This document shows positions 18,758 to 27,240 of a stretch of DNA of 32,000 nt, one piece after another. The stretch spans positions 150,001-182,000 of the forward strand of contig SHMX01000005.1 of NCBI GenBank assembly GCA_008080745.1, read 5' to 3'. The position numbers were made by a program, and so were the translations under genes. Numbering within the stretch: the stretch's first letter is position 1; each line of letters opens with the position of its first letter. The notes below the pieces were generated by a model. The model did not search any database. It was given only the letters and a program-made list of their open reading frames with translations, and was not told the origin of the DNA. Source of the DNA: Candidatus Thorarchaeota archaeon. Lineage in GTDB: Archaea; Asgardarchaeota; Thorarchaeia; Thorarchaeales; Thorarchaeaceae.

Positions 18758-18997
18758 ATGCCAAAGACCAAGTCACGAAAAGGAAAATTCACATCGGTAT
18801 CGATTCCAATTCCTCTCTTCAGAAAGATTGAGGAACACATCGCTGATACTGGTTTTACCTCTGTATCAAGTTATGTCACATACATATTGAGAGAGATTGT
18901 TGCAGAATCCGCATCTGAATCTTCTAGTGCGAGCTCTGCTAAAGAGGATCAGAAAAAGGTCAAAGAACGACTACGGGCTTTGGGCTATCTAGATTAG
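18758..18997 (+). CDS. CopG/ribbon-helix-helix DNA-binding protein with a C-terminal ERLRALGYL tail
   Basis: TSVSIP strand, helix LFRKIEEHI, then FTSVSSYVTYILRE; Ser-rich linker and KVKERLRALGYLD. Confidence 0.8.
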   Translation: MPKTKSRKGKFTSVSIPIPLFRKIEEHIADTGFTSVSSYVTYILREIVAESASESSSASSAKEDQKKVKERLRALGYLD

Positions 18998-19071
18998 ATA
19001 TGTAGTTCGTTGATTGTTTACTACCTCACAAGCTCACAAAGTGTGATGATTTACACTTGGTCAAGGATATC

Positions 19072-19108
19072 TGAATGCGGCTCCCCCGCATTCACTTTCT
19101 CCTTTCTT
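19072..19108 (+). terminator. Hairpin plus pyrimidine tract downstream of the tauE-sat-NPP-cysC-RHH unit
   Basis: TGAATGCGG-ctccc-CCGCATTCA (9-bp perfect stem, 19072-19094), then CTTTCTCCTTTCTT. Confidence 0.65.
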
Positions 19109-19267
19109 GCTATTAAATCCAATCCCATTCTGTTGAATCTAGTTATTTATGGGTAAATTCCCATGCGAGATTCTTTGATAGCGAATTTCGAGATGTATGA
19201 CAAGCGATTAGTTCTTAATCTATCTTAAACTCAAAAAGTTAGCAAACATGATTATTGGTGGAGTATT

Positions 19268-20101
19268 ATGGTCAAAGAAACAGACTATCTAGCACTTCTT
19301 CGTGAAACAGTAATTCCCGGGGGTATTGTTTTACGTGCATTACAGGGACGATTGGATAATACTCCAAAAGAGTCAGATTTGCCTGAAGAAATGACAGATG
19401 CGAAATCTACAGCACATACTATTGGAGATGATCTGGTTCAAGAAATAGCACTTCAAATCCTTTCTAGTCATAGTACCGACTTTAGAATAAATGCAGAAGA
19501 AGAAACTCCCAGAGTCAAGATCTTCAATGGCACTCCTACTTCCTATTGCTATCATTTAGACCCTCTGGATGGCACTTTGTCCTTTATCCAGGGCCGTGAT
19601 GGGTTTGCTGTAGGTGCAGCTTTTTCGAGGAATCTAAAGTTTGAGGCATCAGCGATCTATCTTCCTGCCCGAGACGAATTATATTTAGCACAGAGAGGCG
19701 AAGGTGTTCGAGTGGAGTCACAATTTGGAGTGGAAATACCCTTTGAGAAGAAAGATCCTCCATGTGATAAATACATCCAACGTCGTGCAGAGAAGCTTAT
19801 CCCTGTCGTTGAATCTATGGATTTGTCACATCTAGAAACTATGGGAGCACATCATGGTATGTTATGTGTGGCAAAAGGTGAAGCAAGAGTGCTAATGTAC
19901 AGAATGGCAAGTCCTCACGATTTTGGAATCCCCCAGGTCATTGTAGAGGAGGCAGGAGGAATATGTACTGATTTGAAAGGTGTTCCAGTATCATATCAAA
20001 CAAATTTTCCAAGAGTATCGCTGTTTCTGGCATTCACAGACCTTGAAACAAAAGACCAATTCTTTGAGCAAGATATTCTAGGAGATATTGATTTTGATTA
20101 A
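19268..20101 (+). CDS. Inositol monophosphatase superfamily protein (possible CysQ-like PAP 3'-phosphatase)
   Basis: NAEE, LDPLDGT and SPHDFGIPQVIVEEAGG (degenerate WD..A...IV.EAGG). The CysQ role is inferred from context only. Confidence 0.82.
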   Translation: MVKETDYLALLRETVIPGGIVLRALQGRLDNTPKESDLPEEMTDAKSTAHTIGDDLVQEIALQILSSHSTDFRINAEEETPRVKIFNGTPTSYCYHLDPLDGTLSFIQGRDGFAVGAAFSRNLKFEASAIYLPARDELYLAQRGEGVRVESQFGVEIPFEKKDPPCDKYIQRRAEKLIPVVESMDLSHLETMGAHHGMLCVAKGEARVLMYRMASPHDFGIPQVIVEEAGGICTDLKGVPVSYQTNFPRVSLFLAFTDLETKDQFFEQDILGDIDFD

Positions 20102-20108
20102 TTTTTCA

Positions 20109-21164
20109 TCATCTCACTTCTTCTGGAGTATCGAATACATGGTTTCTTAATCTTAATCTAGTGATTATGATAATTACACTTAGAAAAATCAAAGGACCCA
20201 GTATAACCATCGCAAGATACATTAGAATACCAATAATGATGGCAAGTTCGCTCAAGAAGCACCACGCAATAGCCAAGACTGAAAAAGTTCCAAAGAGAAG
20301 CCACATTCTCCTCATTGTAATCCCTCTCTCTCCCTCTTCCAATTCAGTATCCTTTGGACCTAACCAGATTAGGAATAAAACCAAGATATAAAATCCAATT
20401 GTAAGAAGAATCGTTTCAATCCCGGGAATCCGTTCAGGAAGAAGCACAAACCACATGAAGATGTAAAGAAATGATAGATATAAAGCGGCAAGTGTCATCC
20501 CTTTCTTTCCTAGTCTTAGTTGCTGGATACTCATTTCTCCATTAGACAACCTCTTAGCAAGGAAGTACGTCAATACTACTAATAGTATATTTCCAAGAAT
20601 CGCGATGATCACAGGCACTAGTTCGGTATTAAGACCTGCTGCAATCATGGTTGCCCCCAAAATGAATGCGAGGATAAATAGAATCTCGTTTTTCTTGTTT
20701 TTTACTAAGAATTTTCCATGACTTGGAATAATTTGTGTCCATTTGGAATCTCCATTTTCATTCAAAGCACTAATTTCGAATACGAAAATAGGTATAATGA
20801 ATGAGAATATTGCATGCCAAAATAACGCTATGACGAGAAACTCCCCAACGGCGAACCCAAGAAAGGTACCAAATTGAGGACTATCTTCTCCCATGTATCC
20901 CGCCCAGATGACCTTTGTCATCCATGATTCATAGAGTCCGTAGATTATTCCCCATAGATAGAGCTGGATAGGAGAAGACCGATGAAATCTCAGAGCAAGA
21001 TTGAGGAGTATAAGTCCATGAAGCCAATAGAGTGGAAATACTACGAAGATTCCCCAGGGGTCCAAGAACCACAGAGGGGCGGAACCAGAGAACACTTCCG
21101 CAAATACTATTGAGAGTACACCAAAATAGACTACACTACCCAAGTTTCTGGATTCGGACTCCAT
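20109..21164 (-). CDS. Hypothetical polytopic membrane protein
   Basis: 351-aa ORF with about 9-10 hydrophobic segments; no family recognised. Confidence 0.75.
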   Translation of the reverse strand: MESESRNLGSVVYFGVLSIVFAEVFSGSAPLWFLDPWGIFVVFPLYWLHGLILLNLALRFHRSSPIQLYLWGIIYGLYESWMTKVIWAGYMGEDSPQFGTFLGFAVGEFLVIALFWHAIFSFIIPIFVFEISALNENGDSKWTQIIPSHGKFLVKNKKNEILFILAFILGATMIAAGLNTELVPVIIAILGNILLVVLTYFLAKRLSNGEMSIQQLRLGKKGMTLAALYLSFLYIFMWFVLLPERIPGIETILLTIGFYILVLFLIWLGPKDTELEEGERGITMRRMWLLFGTFSVLAIAWCFLSELAIIIGILMYLAMVILGPLIFLSVIIIITRLRLRNHVFDTPEEVR

Positions 21165-21229
21165 AATTCCAGGTAGTATATCCTGAATTTAAAACTCACT
21201 GAACTCGGTTAAGATACTTTAAAATGTAT

Positions 21230-21267
21230 AAAAAAAGGGATGAAAGGATGTTTTGTCAACATCCTTT
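21230..21267 (-). terminator. Hairpin plus T7 tract after the surface-protein gene
   Basis: + strand AAAGGATGTT-ttgtc-AACATCCTTT (10-bp stem, 21243-21267) with A7 at 21230-21236, i.e. a hairpin followed by CATCCCTTTTTTT on the - strand. Confidence 0.75.
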
Positions 21268-21280
21268 TCCTAATTGTTTC

Positions 21281-24061
21281 TTATTTCCTTCGTCGTACTG
21301 CCATGACAATGATAATCAGTGCAAGCACTCCTATCACTATTAGAAGCAAGGTTTGAGTATCGAGCCACTCTGGAAGACCTGGAATTATCGGCCCGCCTGT
21401 TGGTTCAGTTACTGTTACCAGAACTATATCCTCACTGAGATGTCCAAGTGTATCATTGACCTTTAGTGTGAAAAAGTATGTACCTGGAGTCAAATCATCG
21501 AGGTCTAGGACCACGGAATCCCCATCCCATACTCCACTATCATACTCGGTAGAATTCAGAAGAATTACGTAATGACTTGGATTTGCATCAGATGCCACCC
21601 AGGTCAAAGTATTGCCTGTTGTACCAGCTTCCATCTCCATGTCGGATGGATTACTAATTAATGGAGCAGTAGTGTCAACAACGGTGACAAAGACAATATC
21701 GCCACGTGGATGACCTGAATCGCCAATAACTCGGCATTCAACGGTGTGAAAACCTAAGCCAATAGCATCAACATTTACATTGATTGCTGAGCCATCCCAG
21801 CTGCCGCTATCGACTACACTTCCGTCGATAAACACTTGATATGTGTCGGGTGATGAATCTGTTGGGTTCCAGGTAATAGAATGACCCGTACTACCATCTT
21901 CATATTGAATGTCTGCCGGATGATCGATTTCAGGTAAATTCAACATGAAATTGATTTCGTTCAGGTAAATCTCAAAGCCATCCATGTATGCTGAGCTGTC
22001 CGCATCACCGCGAAGACCGTTCAACATGAACCCATTGAATAGTACCTGATTAGTATTGGTCAGAACAATTGATCCGTTGCCGTCCTGCTCAGTCGGAGTA
22101 GCTCCCGTTAGGGCTGTAGCATTATCAAAGACTTGTAGCTTGAAGCCATCAATCGTGAACCCAGTGCTGGCTATATTCAAGGTCGGTGCATTATAGTTCA
22201 CAAGACCGTCGAATATCGGATGTGAGTTGTCCCAGATGTATGATGGAGCATTACTCATGATAGTTTCTGTCCAGTTAACACCAATGAATGACCACAATGG
22301 GTCTTCCTTTTCAAATTCAAACGTCCAGGAGGTCAATATCATCTGTTTCCCGGTTTCCAAGTAGTCCAAGATATGTGGATAGGAGTCTTGTCTCTGCCAG
22401 TTACAGTTGTCAATTATGGTAAGGTCCCAGTCATCACCGTACCATGTACCATTGAGAGTCGCATTTAAGCCCGTTTCAGTGTAAGTGAGATAGAAGGGTA
22501 TCTCGAGCTGGTTCAGGGCATCTGCTACCATAGTGCGATAATAGTTACCACCGTAGGGGTCATCAGTGTAGAGTAGTACTTTTGCATCATCAGCTGTTAG
22601 CCAATTAGCAACATTCACAGCCCACTTCGAATTATTAGCGGAATCAACATTGGATAGAAAGTTGATATCCCCTGCAAGAAGTATCCGGCCATCTCCAATC
22701 TCCTGAAAAGCTATAACTGTATTCTGTTCATCCATTGCCAGAGGAGTAGCAGATCCAGAATAGTTGACATACGTACCACCACTAAATTCTAGCTCATCCA
22801 CATCTTCCATAGTTGGATGATTCATTAGTTCAGTAGTGGTGAATGAGAACGTATTGTAATTATCTGTCAAGTTGATTCTTAGGTCACTATTTGAGAGAAG
22901 ATAATTGAGGTTCTGGTGCTCATCTAGAAATCCTGAGTTATCACCTAATGCTATCAAACTTCCACCAGCATTGACCCAATCATTGATTGCGGTCACTTCA
23001 CTTGCAGTGAAATTTATTTCAGGTGTATTTATTATCACGATGTCATACGGCGCAAGGACGCCAGCTGTAAAGTTTCCTACTGAGGGCCACAGTTTATCAA
23101 ATGTGTATCTTCTGCTTACAAGATCGTCCCTTAGTGTACTAAATCTTGAATCAGAATTAAATCCTGTTGGATCTCCTGCGTCGACGGGATAATAGTTGTT
23201 ATGTGCGACATCAAACAATATCTTTCCCTTGGGCCGAGGAGCTAGCCAACCAATGGCGTCAAGTAGCATGGATTCCCAGTCGGTCGGGAAGTCAGGTACA
23301 GGCACTCCAAAGAAGGCTGCTCTACCACCCTTATCTGGTGCGTCAATGGAAATTGCCGTTACTAAATCATCCGATCCATTTAATCGTGCAATCTTCGTTA
23401 GATACGGCGAAACAGATGTGTCCATCAGAGCAGTCCAATTATAGACCGCCCAGCTGGCATAGTCATGTACTAGATATGAACCATTGGCATAACTTTGTGA
23501 GATTGGTGTTTTTTCAACTATCTCGCTAACGTTGGTAGATGAATACTTCCACCATTCAAGAAAGCCATGAGATTGACTTTCATTCTCTCTAGGAAGTATA
23601 CCGCCATATACTAAGAATGCGGCTGCAGAATCGATAGCTAAAACACCTCCTCCTGCTAACCAAAAATCTTTGACATGCTTTGTGATGTTTTCTCTGGGAA
23701 CATTATCCGCCAGTATCACAACATCATAATTGGCAGTATTTAGTTCGTAATTCTCGATATCTGTACTATTTATCTTTGTTACATCATAACTTGAACTAGA
23801 CAGCACATCATAGATTTGCGTATAGTTATTTGTCAATGAAAGCACTGCATAATCTGGGGCTGTCGTGTTTGTTTCATTGTAGAATGCCACTCTGAATACC
23901 CTATCATTGGGGAGTTCTGCGGTTTCTACATCATTATTTCTTGCATCAGCAAATGTGACTCTGTCATCTTGAAGGCGTGCAGGGGATATTATTCCATTTG
24001 GCACAATACAGATTCCTACAAGAAATAACATTATCAACAATATTGTTTGGGCGCGTTTCAT
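21281..24061 (-). CDS. Large cell-surface glycoprotein: signal peptide, three GATase-like (DUF4350/GIFT-type) domains, two Ig-like repeats, C-terminal TM anchor
   Basis: Start reassigned to ATG 24061 (GAGGTGG SD; MKR plus a hydrophobic signal). Three YD/WD-hhhh...GG-type alpha/beta units, two repeats of about 90 aa, then P/G linker, TM and RRRK. Confidence 0.8.
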   Translation of the reverse strand: MKRAQTILLIMLFLVGICIVPNGIISPARLQDDRVTFADARNNDVETAELPNDRVFRVAFYNETNTTAPDYAVLSLTNNYTQIYDVLSSSSYDVTKINSTDIENYELNTANYDVVILADNVPRENITKHVKDFWLAGGGVLAIDSAAAFLVYGGILPRENESQSHGFLEWWKYSSTNVSEIVEKTPISQSYANGSYLVHDYASWAVYNWTALMDTSVSPYLTKIARLNGSDDLVTAISIDAPDKGGRAAFFGVPVPDFPTDWESMLLDAIGWLAPRPKGKILFDVAHNNYYPVDAGDPTGFNSDSRFSTLRDDLVSRRYTFDKLWPSVGNFTAGVLAPYDIVIINTPEINFTASEVTAINDWVNAGGSLIALGDNSGFLDEHQNLNYLLSNSDLRINLTDNYNTFSFTTTELMNHPTMEDVDELEFSGGTYVNYSGSATPLAMDEQNTVIAFQEIGDGRILLAGDINFLSNVDSANNSKWAVNVANWLTADDAKVLLYTDDPYGGNYYRTMVADALNQLEIPFYLTYTETGLNATLNGTWYGDDWDLTIIDNCNWQRQDSYPHILDYLETGKQMILTSWTFEFEKEDPLWSFIGVNWTETIMSNAPSYIWDNSHPIFDGLVNYNAPTLNIASTGFTIDGFKLQVFDNATALTGATPTEQDGNGSIVLTNTNQVLFNGFMLNGLRGDADSSAYMDGFEIYLNEINFMLNLPEIDHPADIQYEDGSTGHSITWNPTDSSPDTYQVFIDGSVVDSGSWDGSAINVNVDAIGLGFHTVECRVIGDSGHPRGDIVFVTVVDTTAPLISNPSDMEMEAGTTGNTLTWVASDANPSHYVILLNSTEYDSGVWDGDSVVLDLDDLTPGTYFFTLKVNDTLGHLSEDIVLVTVTEPTGGPIIPGLPEWLDTQTLLLIVIGVLALIIIVMAVRRRK
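21400..21935 (-). repeat. Two tandem Ig-like protein repeats (approximate bounds)
   Basis: PADIQYEDGSTGHSITW..D.SP.TY..IDG...DSGSWDG...DIVFVTV versus PSDMEMEAGTTGNTLTW..D.NP.HY..LNS...DSGVWDG...DIVLVTV. Confidence 0.75.
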
Positions 24062-24263
24062 ATCAACCACCTCTTCTACGTTTAAGGCACATTTTGTTAT
24101 AAATTCCCCCCTCATCAATTATTATAAATAATATTCATATATTTTATTATTTGAAACAATCTTAGAATAGTAGATTGGCGCTCGAAACCGTCCGCAACGT
24201 CTGCAAACAAACTACCCAAGATTTTTCAATTTGACAATTTCTATCAAGATTGGAGAGTAAACG

Positions 24264-24554
24264 GTGTACTATGTTTATATCATTGAAACCGAAGATGGAA
24301 CATATTATACTGGAATCACCAATAACCTTCTTCGTCGATTGAAGGAACATACTTCAGGTTCAGGTCGGGGTGCAGCATATCTACGAATGCACAAACCAAA
24401 ATACCTAGTCTTTCTCTCCGAGTGTGAGGACCGGGGTGAAGCACAGAGTCTGGAATATAGAATAAAACGCGATCAGAAATTTAAGCAAAGTTTGATTGGT
24501 CCAAGAAGAGATATCCGCGAAGTAATTGAAACCGAAGAGAGCTATCTGAGTTAA
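24264..24554 (+). CDS. Stand-alone GIY-YIG nuclease family protein (UPF0213/YhbQ-like)
   Basis: YYVYII...YYTGITNNL.RRL.EH...GA.Y, with a conserved Glu in AQSLEYRIK. GTG start. Confidence 0.88.
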   Translation: MYYVYIIETEDGTYYTGITNNLLRRLKEHTSGSGRGAAYLRMHKPKYLVFLSECEDRGEAQSLEYRIKRDQKFKQSLIGPRRDIREVIETEESYLS

Positions 24555-27220
24555 CTTAGAGCGTTGGTCGTTCTCTCTACCTGCTTTCTTAACGGATCTC
24601 CCAGCTCGTCTAGTAAGGAGTGTAATTTATTCAACCAGAAAACACTCGTTTCTCTACATGAAATGAATGGTTGTGGTATTCCCATTGCATTTCCTATATC
24701 TTCTAATTGTTCCAATGCCAAAGCAAGCCAGTCCAAATACCCATCATGTTCTCCAACTGCTTGAATTCCTCTCTGTGAGAAATGCCCTTTACCAGCCAAG
24801 AAATCACATAGAAAATCGTACGATGCTCTGAGATGGCGAATATCATCCCTGATTCTTACCTTGGGAATCTTGTGAATCAGACGGAATGGAAGTTTTTCAT
24901 CATTTCTAAGGAACCTCTGGTAGGTAGCTAGTACCTTTAGAATAGAATAAGCACACTTTACTTCTCTTACAAGTATGTCTAGAAAACCAGGACGATTCCA
25001 AGTCCACGGGTTAGAGAATTTGTGCATCTTAAAATCATATTCTGTTGTGACTTTCTGATCTATTGATAGTGCTTGAAGCCAATTGATACTCCAACAGAAT
25101 CTGGTTGGCATGCCATTTTCGACAAGACCCGACCTTGTGGAGAGACATCTTGTGGTTTCTTCAAAGGTTTTCTGACGAACGACAAAATCATGCACTGCAG
25201 AGCTGAGAGGTGAGAGTCTTTGTGATTCTTCCACTAAGGCAAGACCTAAGGCGTTTACTGGACTTCTAATTAGTTGATTGTCTCGGGTCATAACAATATA
25301 ACAGTCATGTCTTTGACTATGGTTCACTATGGGCGTTTTTTGTTTTATTATCTTCTTACTATCTTCGTTTAGTCTGACAAAAATACTGGAATGCTGAAAT
25401 GGTTCTCGTGACCATATCAATTCCACTCTCTCGTGAAATTCGCTGTTTTCAAGACTAAGAAATGTTACTCTATTGTGCAGGATTTCCCAGAGATAGTGAT
25501 AGTTCTGATGTGTTAATACCTCTAAGAATACCTTCTCCCTTAGTGGATGATGAAACAAGAATGGAATTTTGCAATCTTTTGTATGATCTGACATTTTTGC
25601 AATTTCTTCAGTCAGCCCTCCAGAAATAATCCATGCTCCACCCCCAGTGGCAATCCAGTCGAGTACCCCTATCTTAGCTAAATCCAATACGGGCATTATA
25701 TCTCCTAGTGTTTTGTTCCCTGTTATCTGAGGGATGTCCAATACCGGTTTCTCATGCTTCTGTGAATATTTCCTAATTGTTACCTTCTGTTTTGATCCTA
25801 TTAGTTTAGTCAGGATTGATTCTCCCATTTTTTCTTCTATTCGCTCAATCAACCCAGTTGTTGTCAAAGTTCTACCATTGTTTATCCTATCAAGACCAGA
25901 ATCTGGATGTATTTGCGGAAGAACATTGACCCGTAAGAGTAGAAACCGAAGCTCCTCATTTTGATCTATATCGCTTGGGTCTTCAATTCTTTTTTCTATC
26001 TCCTGAATAGTTTTTTCTTCTCTCGCGTATCCATCAATTGCCATGACTGTGTTGCTGATGTCTAACAGTTCCAAATCGATTCCGTCAATTTCTCCCTCAA
26101 AGATATCTTCCAAGAGTAGTCGATGATTTCTTTCAAGTTCTTCTTTTAACCAGTTTCTTTCTAGGAACATTATTTGAGAGTCCTCTGGTTCAACGAGTCG
26201 TTCTCCCTCTGTGCTAATGATCGAATATCCTGAAAGCCCAAGAGATCGTTGCATAGCATTTTCCGAGCTTTTTAGAAATCTAGCTATAAAATCCGAGTTA
26301 GCTCCCTTCAAATCCTTTTCTTCTGAGAAGTTGATATGTGAATTCCCACGTGAATCCCATATTATCTCATAGAGGAACTCTCCCGCTATTTTGACTTCAT
26401 CTGGGTTTATGATTTTAAAATCATATTGTTTATCGATTAGTCTAATGAGATTCATAATTGACTCTCTTGAAAACAACGTACTTTCATCATCTGACACACT
26501 GGAAATTCCTATCAGGTCACTTCCAAATGATTTAACCTGCTCCCCACGTAAATCCGCCAACAACAGCATGTTCCAAAGATTGTAGGTTCTGATTCTAAGA
26601 AACGCAAATATTCGTTTATATCTGCTAATTTTGGAATGATATTTCAGGGCATACTCTAGAATATCTGCTTCTTTATCAGTGAGAGGATCATCAAACTCGA
26701 GATGGTCAAGTATCTCTTCAATATCGACCTCATGACGTTCTTCTAAGAGATTTTCTCGTGCTCTTATCTCCTGTCTGATTTCAGTTTCTATGGAAATGAT
26801 ATACTTTCGTAGTAGAATCAACTCCCAAAGATTCATTCCTGTTTTGTTTATTATTTCCTCAACATTCTCTTTTTTGGAGATACCAATCAGAGACTTGAGG
26901 TTTCGAGGACGATTTAGAATTTGTTTCTCTAGCTCAGCCATGTCTTGTTTCCAAGATAGCTGTATCAGAATTGATGTGATTATCCAGAGAAAAACATCAA
27001 AAATTCCTATTGCGATTAGAGGATATATGTCAATTGTTGCACCCCACGGAGATGGAAAAACGAACTCATAGTCAAGAACCACAAACACTATGTTTTGTTC
27101 AGTATTTGTTGTAATGGTTAGCAATGTGATGACAATACCAATAAAGAATGTAACCGCTATGGATACGAACTTCTTTCTCACATAATTAATTCGCTCTCGA
27201 AGTTTAGAATTATATCCCAT
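24551..27220 (-). CDS. Hypothetical 889-aa protein with two N-terminal TM segments
   Basis: Long uninterrupted ORF with two hydrophobic helices in the first ~90 aa and a large soluble remainder; no motif recognised. Confidence 0.8.
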   Translation of the reverse strand: MGYNSKLRERINYVRKKFVSIAVTFFIGIVITLLTITTNTEQNIVFVVLDYEFVFPSPWGATIDIYPLIAIGIFDVFLWIITSILIQLSWKQDMAELEKQILNRPRNLKSLIGISKKENVEEIINKTGMNLWELILLRKYIISIETEIRQEIRARENLLEERHEVDIEEILDHLEFDDPLTDKEADILEYALKYHSKISRYKRIFAFLRIRTYNLWNMLLLADLRGEQVKSFGSDLIGISSVSDDESTLFSRESIMNLIRLIDKQYDFKIINPDEVKIAGEFLYEIIWDSRGNSHINFSEEKDLKGANSDFIARFLKSSENAMQRSLGLSGYSIISTEGERLVEPEDSQIMFLERNWLKEELERNHRLLLEDIFEGEIDGIDLELLDISNTVMAIDGYAREEKTIQEIEKRIEDPSDIDQNEELRFLLLRVNVLPQIHPDSGLDRINNGRTLTTTGLIERIEEKMGESILTKLIGSKQKVTIRKYSQKHEKPVLDIPQITGNKTLGDIMPVLDLAKIGVLDWIATGGGAWIISGGLTEEIAKMSDHTKDCKIPFLFHHPLREKVFLEVLTHQNYHYLWEILHNRVTFLSLENSEFHERVELIWSREPFQHSSIFVRLNEDSKKIIKQKTPIVNHSQRHDCYIVMTRDNQLIRSPVNALGLALVEESQRLSPLSSAVHDFVVRQKTFEETTRCLSTRSGLVENGMPTRFCWSINWLQALSIDQKVTTEYDFKMHKFSNPWTWNRPGFLDILVREVKCAYSILKVLATYQRFLRNDEKLPFRLIHKIPKVRIRDDIRHLRASYDFLCDFLAGKGHFSQRGIQAVGEHDGYLDWLALALEQLEDIGNAMGIPQPFISCRETSVFWLNKLHSLLDELGDPLRKQVERTTNALS

Positions 27221-27240
27221 AGACTTTTAGCTCCTTTGAA

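Noticed and set aside
19043-19074. Possible box C/D sRNA (GTGATGA ... CTGA)
   Set aside because: Only 21 nt separate the boxes, no C'/D' pair is visible, and the CTGA overlaps the terminator-like hairpin. Compatible with chance.
24126-24152. 8-bp inverted repeat AAATAATA/TATTATTT in a divergent promoter region
   Set aside because: A/T-only arms in a very AT-rich tract; not distinguishable from background.
24264-24554. GIY-YIG gene as a mobile homing endonuclease or intron marker
   Set aside because: It is a short stand-alone UPF0213-type protein with no DNA-binding extension, no interrupted host gene and no flanking repeats.
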